53,581 nucleotides of DNA. Source: a virus. Taxonomy: Duplodnaviria; Caudoviricetes. The translations under genes and the position numbers were made by a program. This document shows positions 19,731-30,217 of this stretch, piece by piece (within the stretch, counting starts at the first letter, position 1; every line of letters starts with the position of its first letter). Under the pieces are notes generated by a model that worked only from the letters and a program-made list of their open reading frames with translations, searched no databases and was not told the origin of the DNA. The stretch lies in the IMG/VR virus record IMGVR_UViG_3300032223_002826, positions 1-53,581 of that record; one strand, given 5' to 3'.

Positions 19731-19929
19731 TATTGTCCCTTTCAACATTCTTTTCGATTGTCATCTCGAGAGGGTATTTGACCATCTCGCCGCACTTTCT
19801 GCACGGACCTTCGACAGAACCACCACGGACCTGTCGGTAGACATCGCGATATTTCATATTCAAGACGCCATTTACTTCGATTCCGAAGAGGCATCCGCAT
19901 GCTGGGCAAAGAATCTTTTTAGGTGTCAT
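19717..19929 (-). CDS. small zinc-ribbon (Com-like) protein
   Basis: CPACG...CRKCG; ATGA coupling to terminase. Confidence 0.7.
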   Translation of the reverse strand: MTPKKILCPACGCLFGIEVNGVLNMKYRDVYRQVRGGSVEGPCRKCGEMVKYPLEMTIEKNVERDNNGVS

Positions 19930-21362
19930 AGGAAGGACATTCTCGCGGCATTCCGACCATGCCCGTAAAGCGCTAGGCAGAGAGACCAGAAGTAGTCGTC
20001 TCGCTTTGCCCCTGAACCGCCGGAGAACTTGTAGAATCCAGCCTCTGACTTTGTTCGGCGGATCCCATGGATCTGACGCATCAGATCGCTATGACGGGGA
20101 TATCGGACGGTCGGCACCCCCTGAAGTTCTCCCTTGAACTTCGTTGCCCAGCGCTCTTTGATCGCATTGGTGAATACTACACCCTCAATCATTGAGGAGC
20201 CAACTTGCGACTTTGCGCTTTCGACGAACATTGCACCAACGCCAGTTTGGTCGATAGAGACCCTTGTGGCTTTAGACTGCTTGATTAGTTTCAAAAGATA
20301 TGACAACTGTGAATCGTATGTATCCTGAGACGATTTCACCAGTCGAACATGCGCAGTTCGCTCGCCATCCTCAGCCTCAATAAACTCAACGACTGTAAAT
20401 ACAGACTCATCTCGTTCTTTTGCTAGGTCGACGCCGATAGCGACTGATCCCTGTGGCTCCCAGCCCGGTGGAAGTTCACGCCACATTGAATGCGTGTCAT
20501 CTACCGCATTGACGATAAGTTCCCACGGATAGTAGGCACTTGTTTCGTCTACGAATGTCGCCTCGTATTCCGTGGCGAACGACTGAAAGTCCCCTCCGAA
20601 GGAGCGTAGAATGGTGAGCAACTTTGGCGTACCAAACTTTTGTACTCGCTCGGCGGTACCCATATCCGCAGCGCTGGCGATGGCTTCCTCAATGAAGCCA
20701 TCCTTGACCATTGCTTGGCACTCCCACCACGGAACAGAGTGGCGAGAATACTCAGGATACGCATCTGAGTTGCTTGCGATATCGTAGAAAAGACCGCTTT
20801 GACCAAGCGGTGTAGAAACAATAGTTAGCCGTGAATCGCCGCGAGTAATAGCAGGGATCGCTGCCTGATACAACTTCTTGGCGTCGCGAATGTGCGCAAA
20901 CTCGTCAAAGTAGATATCTTTTCGACCACCACGAATGGCGGAAGAGGCTGGCTGGCTTACCATGGTCGCAACATTTGGCGGGCGATGGAACGAGAGTTCC
21001 TGTTCGGAGTCGTTCCAGAGCACGGGCTTGATTCCCGCTTCCCCGCCAAAATCGTCGCTAATAGAATGATAAAGATTACGAGCAATCTCAATCTTATCAG
21101 ACGCCTCGGTCTGGTTGACTGAAACATAGTTTGCTCGGTATCCCGGATTCATGATTGCCTTAGCAAACCCTTCGCCGGAAATAACAGTAGAGAATCCAAT
21201 CTGCCGTGACTTATTGACAATGCGGAAGTTGGAGTGATCATTCAAAAACCTGATCTGATACGGTTCCAACTTTAGTGGACCACCATTCAGTTCAGTCAGC
21301 GTCTCCAGAAACAGTGCTGGGCTCTGAGCCAACAGGATCTTGAGATCCTGAATCGTAGGCAT
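19926..21362 (-). CDS. terL: terminase large subunit
   Basis: LEPYQ, KSRQIGFST Walker A, YFDEFAH Walker B, VSTP, IGVDLA nuclease, IDQTGVG, DDYFWS. Confidence 0.95.
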   Translation of the reverse strand: MPTIQDLKILLAQSPALFLETLTELNGGPLKLEPYQIRFLNDHSNFRIVNKSRQIGFSTVISGEGFAKAIMNPGYRANYVSVNQTEASDKIEIARNLYHSISDDFGGEAGIKPVLWNDSEQELSFHRPPNVATMVSQPASSAIRGGRKDIYFDEFAHIRDAKKLYQAAIPAITRGDSRLTIVSTPLGQSGLFYDIASNSDAYPEYSRHSVPWWECQAMVKDGFIEEAIASAADMGTAERVQKFGTPKLLTILRSFGGDFQSFATEYEATFVDETSAYYPWELIVNAVDDTHSMWRELPPGWEPQGSVAIGVDLAKERDESVFTVVEFIEAEDGERTAHVRLVKSSQDTYDSQLSYLLKLIKQSKATRVSIDQTGVGAMFVESAKSQVGSSMIEGVVFTNAIKERWATKFKGELQGVPTVRYPRHSDLMRQIHGIRRTKSEAGFYKFSGGSGAKRDDYFWSLCLALYGHGRNAARMSFL

Positions 21363-21879
21363 TGCCTTCGATGACTCGAGGCTGCTCGCTGTATCCGATG
21401 AGGACACGAAGCCTGTCTGGGTCGATACCCCGGTTTGCGTAGATCCTGAGGAGCGGCTCTGAGCCATCGTCGACATTATCATCTCGCTTGTCAATCTGGT
21501 TCCTTAGCCCCAAGAGGCTGTTCAGAACCTTTAGCCGTTCCGTAACATCTTTTCGGAACTTTGGCTCTTCTAGTGGGTCGTCTTGCTTCATCTCTCCTAC
21601 GAGCGCAGGATAGAGGTTTCTCGAAAGAAGTAGGACAAGTGTGTCCAACTCTGACTTGGTAGAGATGGTCTTGCCTTGGAGGATCACACCCCGCATATAC
21701 TCAAAATGCTCGGGAGGAAGTTGATCCTTCATAGCCAGCAACATTTCATTTGCCAGTTCTTTGGGCACAAGGCTCTTAGGCTTATTAGACGAGCCCTGCG
21801 GTCTTCCGCGTTTTCCCCGTGATACGGCGCCCTCGCGCGACCCTTCGGTCGAGCGTGCTCCTGCGTTCTGCTCAGTCAT
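21292..21879 (-). CDS. probable terminase small subunit (AT-hook-like KRGRPQGSSNK)
   Basis: directly upstream of and overlapping terL. Confidence 0.65.
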   Translation of the reverse strand: MTEQNAGARSTEGSREGAVSRGKRGRPQGSSNKPKSLVPKELANEMLLAMKDQLPPEHFEYMRGVILQGKTISTKSELDTLVLLLSRNLYPALVGEMKQDDPLEEPKFRKDVTERLKVLNSLLGLRNQIDKRDDNVDDGSEPLLRIYANRGIDPDRLRVLIGYSEQPRVIEGNAYDSGSQDPVGSEPSTVSGDAD

Positions 21880-22066
21880 TTGAACCCTTTCGCGCCCAGC
21901 CGCTGCCGTGGTAAATCACAGCGGGGACTGCGTCGGAGAATCGGTAAAGTCGATCGCATACCTTGCCACATTCAGGGCAAAGTGCTGGGTCATCGCTATT
22001 GCACATTGGCTTGCGATCTTCAAATGTGCTGTCGCACACATCGCAATAATAGGCATATGTTGGCAT
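21872..22066 (-). CDS. FmdB-family zinc-ribbon protein
   Basis: MPTYAYYCDVC...CPECG...YHGSGW. Confidence 0.9.
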   Translation of the reverse strand: MPTYAYYCDVCDSTFEDRKPMCNSDDPALCPECGKVCDRLYRFSDAVPAVIYHGSGWARKGSND

Positions 22067-22114
22067 CTTCGTACCTTTAGATTAGTGCTAATAGGAATAT
22101 AGGGCGAAAGCGCC

Positions 22115-22153
22115 TCTACTTATATAGGTGGGTTGAAGGGCATTTTGTGACAT
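22115..22153 (-). promoter_or_regulatory. candidate late promoter (TGTCACAAAA ... TATATAAGTAG)
   Basis: AT-rich intergenic element upstream of the packaging/structural operon; single copy seen, so inferred. Confidence 0.35.
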
Positions 22154-22157
22154 ATGT

Positions 22158-22778
22158 TTAGATCTTTTTATAAACAAAGAATCTGCCAAACCAGTCGCAA
22201 TCCCTAAACATAGCGTCTAGAGCAGCCTCAGGCTCTGGTTGGCGAGCAAGCCCAGCCTGATCAAACCGCCAGCGCCACCAAGTCCGTGGCTGCATAGTAA
22301 AGTGGGTAGAGTCAGCATCGTGGGTATGTTCCTCAAAAGGAGCGTCTGAGACCCCAATCTTGAGCCAAAGTTCCCCACCCGGCTTCAGAAGTTTGATAAA
22401 GTTTTGAATCGTCTGGTCGATTAGATGGTCCTCAATATGCTCAAAGAACTCCCAAGCGCAAACAATATCCTTTCCAGAAACATGTGCCGGAAGCGGTTCA
22501 GTAGCGTCATGCTCATAAAGGTATCCCACAGCACGAGGGGCAGGATTCGATGTGGCATATTTGCTGATGTCATATCCAGTAACATCATTTCCTGCGGCTC
22601 TGGCATGGTGAACAAACCATCCTTTTGCAGCGCCAAACTCAATGATATCTAATCCTTTTCCATGATAGGTATCAATAATCTCCACAATACCAGCCCATCG
22701 CGAGTCATCGCCATAGTTAGTATAGTTTGATCCTTCAGCACGCTCGTAATATTCCTCTGGGTATAGATCGTTAGACAT
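22158..22778 (-). CDS. class I SAM-dependent methyltransferase
   Basis: IIEFGAAKGW motif I, GYDIS, DIV.AWEFFEHI, LLKPGG. Confidence 0.88.
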   Translation of the reverse strand: MSNDLYPEEYYERAEGSNYTNYGDDSRWAGIVEIIDTYHGKGLDIIEFGAAKGWFVHHARAAGNDVTGYDISKYATSNPAPRAVGYLYEHDATEPLPAHVSGKDIVCAWEFFEHIEDHLIDQTIQNFIKLLKPGGELWLKIGVSDAPFEEHTHDADSTHFTMQPRTWWRWRFDQAGLARQPEPEAALDAMFRDCDWFGRFFVYKKI

Positions 22779-23101
22779 TAGTCAGTCCCAGCATAAGGGG
22801 CATATTCTTGGTGAATGCTGGCATAGACAGGCATCCCTTCCTGAAGATATGCTCCCTCAATATTAAAGGAGATAAACTCATCAGCCTCTAGCCAGTGATC
22901 ACATTCGTCAAGGTCATGATCGCCACTTTCAATGCAGGAATCAGTAAACTCTTTGCAAAGATGTGAAGACATAAGGTCGCGATCGTAGATTGCAACCTGT
23001 TGAATACCCTTGCTTGTGAATGTCAAACCATGACCAATAAGGCAATGATCCCATCCTTCTGCATAGACTACATCGTCAATCAGTTCTACTGCCACGGGCA
23101 A
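22778..23101 (-). CDS. hypothetical protein
   Basis: 107 aa acidic ORF coupled to its neighbours. Confidence 0.7.
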   Translation of the reverse strand: MPVAVELIDDVVYAEGWDHCLIGHGLTFTSKGIQQVAIYDRDLMSSHLCKEFTDSCIESGDHDLDECDHWLEADEFISFNIEGAYLQEGMPVYASIHQEYAPYAGTD

Positions 23102-23531
23102 TCCTCCTCTGCTCGGATCTCTTCATATTCCTGACAACCCTAGCCGAGTCTGGGTAGTCTTTGATTAGGGTCTTAGTATACTCTACCATTTGATCTGGCA
23201 CATACTTTCTGTATAGGACCAGCATGCATCGTGCCCACTTTTTATTATGGTCTTCCTGAGACCATAGATGCGCGATTTCATGAATAGCAGTCTCTACACT
23301 GTTGTCGCAGAGCGAAATCTCTTTAGAGTCGAGATCTGCCCAAGCAAGACTATGATCGTGCTTAGGACTATTCTTATGGTTATGAAGCCTTACAGCCTTG
23401 ACCTTGATTGACATTTCTCGCGAGATTTTTGCGAGCATCGCAAGGGCTGGTTCCCACTCGGGAAGGTCGTCCTGCGTCATTGGTCTTGCTGGCTTTACTC
23501 TAAATGGCAAATCCAAGTGTGATGTGTCCAT
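23076..23531 (-). CDS. zincin-like HExxH metalloprotein
   Basis: TAIHEIAHL...H.KKW. Confidence 0.7.
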   Translation of the reverse strand: MDTSHLDLPFRVKPARPMTQDDLPEWEPALAMLAKISREMSIKVKAVRLHNHKNSPKHDHSLAWADLDSKEISLCDNSVETAIHEIAHLWSQEDHNKKWARCMLVLYRKYVPDQMVEYTKTLIKDYPDSARVVRNMKRSEQRRIARGSRTD

Positions 23532-23604
23532 TGATCACCTATCTTCTCGCCCAGCCTCGGGAAACCGAGGGTCAGTTGGTTGAGTTGTCGCTAGCAGATA
23601 CGCC

Positions 23605-23808
23605 TCAGGACGCACGGTCACCGCGCAATCGATAGAGTTCAGTCATCGGACCACCGCAGTTATCACAGGCGGGTCCCTTCTTCCACTTTCGATCAGAGTA
23701 TGCCTTGCCAAAATATTGGCTTTGCCCCTTGTCGTCCACCTTTTTGCAGCACGAATCACATCGTGCCCATACGCGCGGATCGTCAAAGTTCATGCGGATC
23801 TCGTCCAT
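23605..23808 (-). CDS. small zinc-finger protein
   Basis: GAGG RBS, start MDEIR; CDSC...CDNCGG. Confidence 0.6.
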   Translation of the reverse strand: MDEIRMNFDDPRVWARCDSCCKKVDDKGQSQYFGKAYSDRKWKKGPACDNCGGPMTELYRLRGDRAS

Positions 23809-23815
23809 CAAAACC

Positions 23816-24037
23816 TCACTTATTTGGGTCTGGGTTCTTCGTCTCACCATTGGCAGGATTGCCATCGGTATACTGCTCGCAGTTTTTTGCTGCGACATTG
23901 GCAACAGCAAAAGCACGGCTCTCGTTTTTGTTGCGCTTGTAATCGGCATTAAACGCTTCGCGGAACACTGTCTGGCAGCGTTCCTTGTAGTTGTCTCGAA
24001 CTGCCTGAGGCAGGTCGCTGTTCTTATCGTACGGCAT
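23816..24037 (-). CDS. chaB: ChaB-family protein
   Basis: MPY..NSDLP.AVR....CQ.VFREAFN......E.RAF.VA..A. Confidence 0.85.
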   Translation of the reverse strand: MPYDKNSDLPQAVRDNYKERCQTVFREAFNADYKRNKNESRAFAVANVAAKNCEQYTDGNPANGETKNPDPNK

Positions 24038-24038
24038 G

Positions 24039-24302
24039 TTACTCCTTTGTTAGCGCGTCTTTGATAAAGGCTGGATCGTTACGCGCGCCAACGATCCTTC
24101 CAATCTCTTTTCCACCAGCGTCAAGCATGACAACGGTCGGAACCGACCGAATGCCATACTCTTCAGCAAGTGGTCCTTGTTGATCTACATCCACCTTGAC
24201 GAGAGTGACTCCTGTCTCCTCTGCAACCTTGGTCAATACTGGACCGAAGACCTTACATGGGCTACACCAAGTGGCGGAGAAATACAACGCTCTCGCTGCC
24301 AT
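24039..24302 (-). CDS. trxA: thioredoxin
   Basis: FSATWCSPCK, KVDVD, YGIRSVPT; TAATG coupling to RNR. Confidence 0.93.
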   Translation of the reverse strand: MAARALYFSATWCSPCKVFGPVLTKVAEETGVTLVKVDVDQQGPLAEEYGIRSVPTVVMLDAGGKEIGRIVGARNDPAFIKDALTKE

Positions 24303-26569
24303 TAGCAGGCGCTCCATCCGCACGAGAGGCACTTCATGCACCCCTCTTCGCGAACAAGTGAAGTATTTCCGCACTCTGTGCACAGGTCAGCACTGACCTG
24401 CTTGGCTGGCTTTGGCGCAGCATCGACAGCCTCAACCGTTGCCCCGTCTTCCGACGACGCAAGGAGCGCCTCTCCAATCGCGTGCGGGATAGCCTTGGCG
24501 AACTTGCCAAACCCTCCGACACCGAGCAACTGGCTGCCCACCTGTTTCAGGGTCGCGCCCTGCTGCAGGCTAAGGCTGACCAGTCGCCCAAGTGCCTCCC
24601 CCAACTCCATTACATCGGAACCAGCCTTACCGATTGCAACGAAGACCTCAACAGGTCGCCCCTCATCGGAGTTCACTGTTAGGTACGCTGTGCCTGCATT
24701 GGTAGAGACCTTCGTTGTCTTACCATCAAGCACCGCAGGGCGCGTCCAAGACTTTGGAGCCGTAACCTCCGTAGGCTTCTTCGGCTCCTCCTTGTAGAGA
24801 ACTTGCGTTCGCCCACAACCGTCTCGGAAATATGCAACGCCCTTGAGACCAGAATCATATGCCAGCGTATATGCCTTCTCAACATCCTCAATGGTGTGGC
24901 TGTTTGGCGCATTGATCGTCTTGCTGACTGACGAGTCAATGTGCTTCTGAGCAGCAGCCTGCACTGCAATATGCTCCTCAACCGTCACATCGTTCGAAGT
25001 AACAAAGTATGGCGGGAATGGCTTGTCGCTATTGATCTCGCGCCAGTTATCTGCAGGAGGCGCATAAACCTTGTGCGTACCCGTGCGGTCAACTCGCGTA
25101 TACTCAAAGGCAAAATAGGGCTCGATGCCACTATTTACGCCTGCGAGGATCGAGGTCGTTCCCGTCGGAGCCTGCGTGAGCAAGAAGATGTTACGCAGTC
25201 CGCTCTCCACAATCTCGCGATGGATCTTATATGGTAGTTCGCTCAGGTATGGTCGCTGCAGCATATTGTTCTTCCATGCTGGAGCAGCACCCAGTTGACC
25301 AGCCAGTTTTGCCGACTTGGAAATCGCCTCAATCTTCATCAGTTGAAAAACGCGACTCGTAAAGGTCACAGCCTCAGATGAGCCATAGCGAATGCCAAGG
25401 GAAATCATGGCGTCAGCCAAGCCCATGACGCCAAGCCCGATTCGGCGCAGTTTCTTCTGAATGTCCTCATTGTCTGGAAGGAAGTAGTAGTTCTTGTCGA
25501 CCACCTTGTCGAGGAACTCCACTGCTGTGCCGATATCTTGCGAGAAGTTATTCCAGTCAAAGACTGAGCCCTCAGCGCTATGACGAACATATGCCGCAAG
25601 GTTCATCGCACCAAGGTTGCAGACAGAGTAGGCGCCAAGACCCTGCTCGCCGCACGGGTTCACGCAAATGATGCGCTCAACCGCTGCGCCAGTGGATTCC
25701 TTGTTGTAGCGGTCAAGGAAGACAATCCCCGGCTCGCCATTGTCCCATGCTGCCTCAGCAATCTTGCGCCAGATCTCACGCGCCTTGACAGTTGCATAGA
25801 CCTTGACGGGATAGCCGTTCGCACGCCACTTGGCAATATCGCCGTCCCACTCCTCATCATAGGCTGGGTGAGCCGTATCTGGGAAACAAAGATCCCACTT
25901 GCCGTCAGACTTGACCTGCGCCATGAAGTGGTCAGAGACCGCAACCGACACATTGGCGTTGGTGATCTTAGTCAGGTCGCGCTTTGCCTCAATGAAGTCG
26001 ATGACATTTGGGTGCCAGTCGTCAATCATGAACATGGCAGCACCACGGCGCGAACCGCCCTGCTCCACCTCACCGACCGCCTTCGACGCCACATCCATCC
26101 AGCCGATAGGACCAGACGAAGTACCATTGATGCGCTTCAGGTATGCACCCTTCGGACGAAGCACCGACCAGTTGATGCCGACACCACCGCCACGGGACAT
26201 AATGTCCACCATCACGCCGATAGTATCAAAGATCGCCTCGCGGCTATCGCGCCCCTTCTCGATTGTTACTTTATCGTTCTTGCGCGCCTCTCGATGGGAT
26301 CGCGTCTCGACAGGGATCACATAGCAGTTGTAGTAAGTAACTTCTGAGTTAGCGCCAGCGCCAGCAAGGATACGCCCACCAGGGACGAACTTAAAGTTCT
26401 CGAGGATGGCACGGAAGCGTGAGGACTGGAGGGAGTCTTCGCCGATCTCGGCAGCGACACGGTCCCACATTTCTTCAGGGGTCGACTCGACGGGCTGTCC
26501 GTCAGGACCCTTCTTGGCATAACGGTCGAGGAAGACCTTAGTTCGCTGGGCATTGAGTGAGACAGGCAT
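24302..26569 (-). CDS. nrdJ: class II (adenosylcobalamin-dependent) ribonucleotide reductase
   Basis: FVPGGRIL, NCYV, GGGVG, NPCGEQ, CNLG, APTGT, DSSVSKT, C-terminal CTECG..EEGCMKC..CGWSAC; no small subunit gene; AAAGGA RBS. Confidence 0.92.
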   Translation of the reverse strand: MPVSLNAQRTKVFLDRYAKKGPDGQPVESTPEEMWDRVAAEIGEDSLQSSRFRAILENFKFVPGGRILAGAGANSEVTYYNCYVIPVETRSHREARKNDKVTIEKGRDSREAIFDTIGVMVDIMSRGGGVGINWSVLRPKGAYLKRINGTSSGPIGWMDVASKAVGEVEQGGSRRGAAMFMIDDWHPNVIDFIEAKRDLTKITNANVSVAVSDHFMAQVKSDGKWDLCFPDTAHPAYDEEWDGDIAKWRANGYPVKVYATVKAREIWRKIAEAAWDNGEPGIVFLDRYNKESTGAAVERIICVNPCGEQGLGAYSVCNLGAMNLAAYVRHSAEGSVFDWNNFSQDIGTAVEFLDKVVDKNYYFLPDNEDIQKKLRRIGLGVMGLADAMISLGIRYGSSEAVTFTSRVFQLMKIEAISKSAKLAGQLGAAPAWKNNMLQRPYLSELPYKIHREIVESGLRNIFLLTQAPTGTTSILAGVNSGIEPYFAFEYTRVDRTGTHKVYAPPADNWREINSDKPFPPYFVTSNDVTVEEHIAVQAAAQKHIDSSVSKTINAPNSHTIEDVEKAYTLAYDSGLKGVAYFRDGCGRTQVLYKEEPKKPTEVTAPKSWTRPAVLDGKTTKVSTNAGTAYLTVNSDEGRPVEVFVAIGKAGSDVMELGEALGRLVSLSLQQGATLKQVGSQLLGVGGFGKFAKAIPHAIGEALLASSEDGATVEAVDAAPKPAKQVSADLCTECGNTSLVREEGCMKCLSCGWSAC

Positions 26570-26699
26570 CTGTGCTGGTTCCTTTCTGCTATAGGGGTTT
26601 TGAGTGGATAGGTAGTATATACGCTCTTTTTCATATCTCCAAATCCTGCCGGGCGAAGAGACTGATCTAAAATGATCCATTATCACGCATAATGCCTTG

Positions 26700-27005
26700 T
26701 ACGCTCTATACCCCTATACCAGTATAGTATATATAATATATATAACATAGTATAGGTATTAGTATGTATAACGCGTATAGCGCTTATATCCTTTATCTCC
26801 TTATCCCTACCTATCACCCTTATCCTCTTATTGCTATTAGAAGGGCTCATATGCTTAGTAGTACTTAGACACTATAAGCCAATAAACGCCTCTCCTAGGG
26901 CTTCCTAGGGGCTTCTGAGGGCATTATAACCCTAGGTCGTAAATACAAAAATAATACAAAAATAATCAATATCCCCTCGACTTTTAAAACGACATGTATT
27001 TTGTT
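26700..27005. other. AT-rich tract, candidate origin unwinding element
   Basis: TA runs, repeated TTATC(C/T) and AATACAAAAAT x2; sits between divergent transcription units next to the motif array. Confidence 0.45.
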
Positions 27006-28169
27006 TAGTCACCAGCGCACTAATAAATGGGGTGGTTTGGAGCCCCCCAAAGGGGGGCTAACCAAGCACGAAGGGATCACGGCTTACCTACGCCGACCCT
27101 TACAACGCGTGCAGGAGCGCGCGCTAAATACCATGACGCGCACGAAGGCAGGTGCGCGCGGAGCGAGCACGGTAGTTTTACGCGTGCGGTAATCGCGCAG
27201 GAAACTACGCGCCTAGGTAGGCGCCTCAAGGTATCCCGAAGGGATACAAACCGCGCGAGCGTAGCGCCTAGGGGTGCATGCGGGAATACCTTGTCGCGCG
27301 CTCAAGGCGTGCGACTTACCTTGTCGCGCACGCGAGGGTACGCGTGGTTTACCTCGTCGCGGGTAGGGGCGCATGGGGTTCCTTGTCGCGCGCGCAGGCA
27401 TGGGGTTTCCTCGTCGCGGGTAGGGGCGCGTTTCCTTGTCGCGGGCGTAGGGGTAGGCGCCTTGCGCGCGGTCAAGGATAAATAACACGCGCACGGAAAA
27501 CGGCGCCCGTTGTCGCGCAGGGTTTTTACGCCTAGGCGCGCAGGGATTCTTTGACGCGGGCGTAGGCGCCTAGGCACGCGCGAAAAGGAAATCAGGCGGG
27601 CGTGGTTCATTGACGCGGGCGCGTACACCCCCGCAGGCGCGGCAAGGAAAAACACGCGCGCAGGGTTCTTTGACGCGCGTATGGGCGTAGGCGCGCGCGG
27701 AGAATAGTAAACACGCGCGTAGGCGCCCAGCGCGCGGAAATGGATAAATAACACGCGTACATGCGCACGCGTAGAAAACCCTGCGCGGTTGATCTGCGCG
27801 GGGTTTTACGCCTAGGCGCGCGGCAAGGAAGTTGCCCGCACGGGATTCCTTGGCACGCGTGCGGGTATGCGCCTATGCGCGGCAAGGAAAACATGCGCCC
27901 GTGCGGTTCATTGACGCGCCCACGGGCATGCACGCGCACGCGTAGAAGGAAAACCGCAGGCGCAGGAAAACCGCGCAGGATTGATCTGCGCGTGGTTTTT
28001 ACACGCAGGCGCGTGATTTTCATTTCTGCGCGTGCAGGGGTAGGCATGCGCGCGCGTCAAGGAAAACCTGCGGGCGTGTATGCCTAGGGGCGCGTCAATG
28101 AATCCTGCAGGGGCATGGAGACCGCAGGGAGCAACGCCCGCAGTCTCCGTGCGCCGCGCGAAGGCAAAA

Positions 28170-28216
28170 CAACCCCCTAAAGGGGGTTGACAAACCAAAA
28201 TCCGCCGTGGGATGCT
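28170..28216 (+). promoter_or_regulatory. sigma70-type promoter with hairpin overlapping -35
   Basis: CAACCCCC-TAAA-GGGGGTTG, TTGACA 28187, 18 nt, TGn-GATGCT. Confidence 0.65.
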
Positions 28217-28276
28217 TGCAAAAGCAACGCCGATGACGGCGGAGCACAAGTCCCCCGAAGGGGGAAGGAGGGCAAC

Positions 28277-28549
28277 ATGACCGAAGCGAAGATGAGCACT
28301 AAGACCCTACGGGTCTTTTTCGGCTCGGCAAGCGATGACGGCGACCTGAACGAGACCGAAGGTCTCGCGGAGCGGCTTGCCGCTCGGATCGGCTTCTCCG
28401 AAGCCTATGAGACCTCTTGGGTTGATGGATCTCCGAAGGAGATCATGAGCAATGCTCGGTATCGTGAAGCCATCGCCGTGCTCTTTACTGGCGATGGCTT
28501 CGGCTTGTGCTTGATCCCCGAAGCCGTCGTCATGGCTCGCCTAGCCTGA
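28277..28549 (+). CDS. early hypothetical protein (90 aa)
   Basis: AGGAGG RBS, own promoter and terminator. Confidence 0.8.
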   Translation: MTEAKMSTKTLRVFFGSASDDGDLNETEGLAERLAARIGFSEAYETSWVDGSPKEIMSNARYREAIAVLFTGDGFGLCLIPEAVVMARLA

Positions 28550-28566
28550 TCCCCTTCGGGGATCCG

Positions 28567-28601
28567 CCCCCTGATCCCTTCGGGGATCAGGGGGTTTTTT
28601 T
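28567..28601 (+). terminator. intrinsic terminator
   Basis: CCCCTGATCCC-TTCG-GGGATCAGGGG then TTTTTTT. Confidence 0.9.
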
Positions 28602-29573
28602 ATTCCCTTCGGGAATAAAACACGCGCGTATACGCGCCTCAAGGATAGTTATCCTTGAGGCGCCCGCAGGCACATATACGCACGCGCCTCAAGGAATATA
28701 TATTCCTTGCCGCGTAGCGCGGGCGCTTTTCATTGCCGCGCAGCGGGCGCGCTTTTCATTGTCGCGGGCGCATACACGCGCCCCTGCACGCGTAAAAAAG
28801 AACACCCGTGCTTAGGCGGATCTGAAGACTTTCACTTTAGTGAAAGTCTTCTTTACGCACCTGACTGACTACCAGCGACGCGGCTAGGCTAAACCTTCGC
28901 GCGGAGATCAAACGCGCGAGGTTTTTACGCGTGTTTTTCCTTGTCGCGCGCAGAGGCACCGAAGCAGGCGCGAAGACTGAAATCCGCACCCTAAAAACGG
29001 CGCGGGACTAAGTCGCACAGGGTTTTGTGAAGCCATCCGAAGCGCTGCCAATGCCGACGGCGTGGTTTTGGATTCCCCTTAGGGGAATCTCCGAAGCGGT
29101 CGGCAAGGGCTGCTAAAACCCCCTGAAAGGGGGTTTTCCGACACGCTAAGCGGTGTTTGGGCTTTGGGTAGGGTTCTCCCCTTCGGGGAGAAAAAACCGC
29201 GTTTATGCTCGCTTTTCATTGTCGCGCGCTCAACGCGCCCGCGCACGCGGATAAATGAACCGCGCTCCAAAAACAGCGCGCAGTAAACGGCGCCCAGTTT
29301 TTGAGTAGCCACGCGGAAATCAACTAACGCGCGCAGGTGTATACGCGCGCACGCGCGTAAAAGGAAATAACGCGCGCTACTTAGACGCGCCAGCGAACAC
29401 ACCTAGCGACGCGCCCGTGCACATATATACGCATGTACGCGCGCGCCTAACGCGCGAGCGCAGGGCTACGGCTCGTAAAACTCCGCAGAGTTTTACAGCG
29501 CGCAGGGCTGAAGAGAGCAAAATCCTACGGATTTTGCGACTTCGCAACGCAGGCACGCGCGCGAGTATCCGAC

Positions 29574-29701
29574 CGCTTTTTCTTTGCGAAGAAAAAGCGA
29601 CTTCATCGCTATACCCTAAAGGGTATAGCGATGTCATCCCTTTACTCCAAGAGGAGTAAAGGGATGTTTTCTATTCTCGTGGCAATCGTAGATTGCCACG
29701 A
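29574..29701. repeat. four tandem perfect inverted repeats
   Basis: CGCTTTTTCTT/AAGAAAAAGCG; CATCGCTATACCC/GGGTATAGCGATG; CATCCCTTTACTCC/GGAGTAAAGGGATG; TCGTGGCAATC-GTA-GATTGCCACGA. Confidence 0.9.
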
Positions 29702-29906
29702 TAATAGGGATTTGCGGCGATTTGAGGCTGCCGACCCCCCTTTTTGGGCTGCCATGGCTCCCCCTTTTCCAAACGAGCCTATCCCTCGTTCTTTTACTTC
29801 GGTGTAAACACCTCGTAAAATAACTTCGGTCTAGGCTCGTTTGCGTGCGCGCTCGGGGGCGCAAAAGTTTTGCGCGCCTCATGATGCGCAAGCGCGTAGC
29901 GCGTAA

Positions 29907-29977
29907 GTGTGTGCGCGTGTACATGTGCGCGTATACGCGTATACATGTGCGCGTATATGTGTACATATGCGCGCGTG
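29907..29977. repeat. 71-bp perfect alternating purine-pyrimidine tract
   Basis: GTGTGTGCGCGTGTACATGTGCGCGTATACGCG...ATATGCGCGCGTG without a break. Confidence 0.9.
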
Positions 29978-30135
29978 GAAAGGCTGAATATTTTTCGTAG
30001 AAAAATATTTTATATGTGCATAATGCGAAGGGACGCCATGATGTGAGCAGCGTTCAGAATCTCTTTTTTCAGTAAGAAAAAGAGATTTTACTACGCGCGT
30101 ATTTATACGCATGCGACGCATACGCGCATCACACG

Positions 30136-30217
30136 GCGTGTCAATACTAAATACCTTCGGTATTTACCCTTACTTCGTAAGGGTCGTATTGACACGCGAG
30201 GAAGGCTCTGGGATTGT
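30136..30217 (+). promoter_or_regulatory. T-shaped palindromic element A plus promoter (TTGACA 30189, 17 nt, TGn-GATTGT)
   Basis: 12-bp outer arms enclosing two 19-nt triloop hairpins. Confidence 0.8.

Larger units (their letters stand above)
27287..29226. repeat. dispersed array of about 20 copies of TT(C/A)(C/A/T)T(T/C)G(T/A/C)CGCG in both orientations
   Basis: plus-strand copies at 27287, 27317, 27350, 27379, 27407, 27432, 27547, 27606, 27666, 27907, 28703, 28729, 28755, 28937, 29215; reverse copies at 27638, 27819, 27878, 28053, 28091. Confidence 0.85.

Noticed and set aside
24302-26569. Intein or intron in nrdJ, terL or dnaB
   Set aside because: Lengths are normal, and no C...HN splice motifs or homing endonuclease were seen
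26780-26830. DnaA boxes
   Set aside because: TTATCC-like hexamers lack the ACA end of TTATCCACA; too weak to call
27287-29226. CRISPR array
   Set aside because: Repeats are about 12 bp, degenerate, in both orientations and irregularly spaced, and the intervening DNA is itself repetitive
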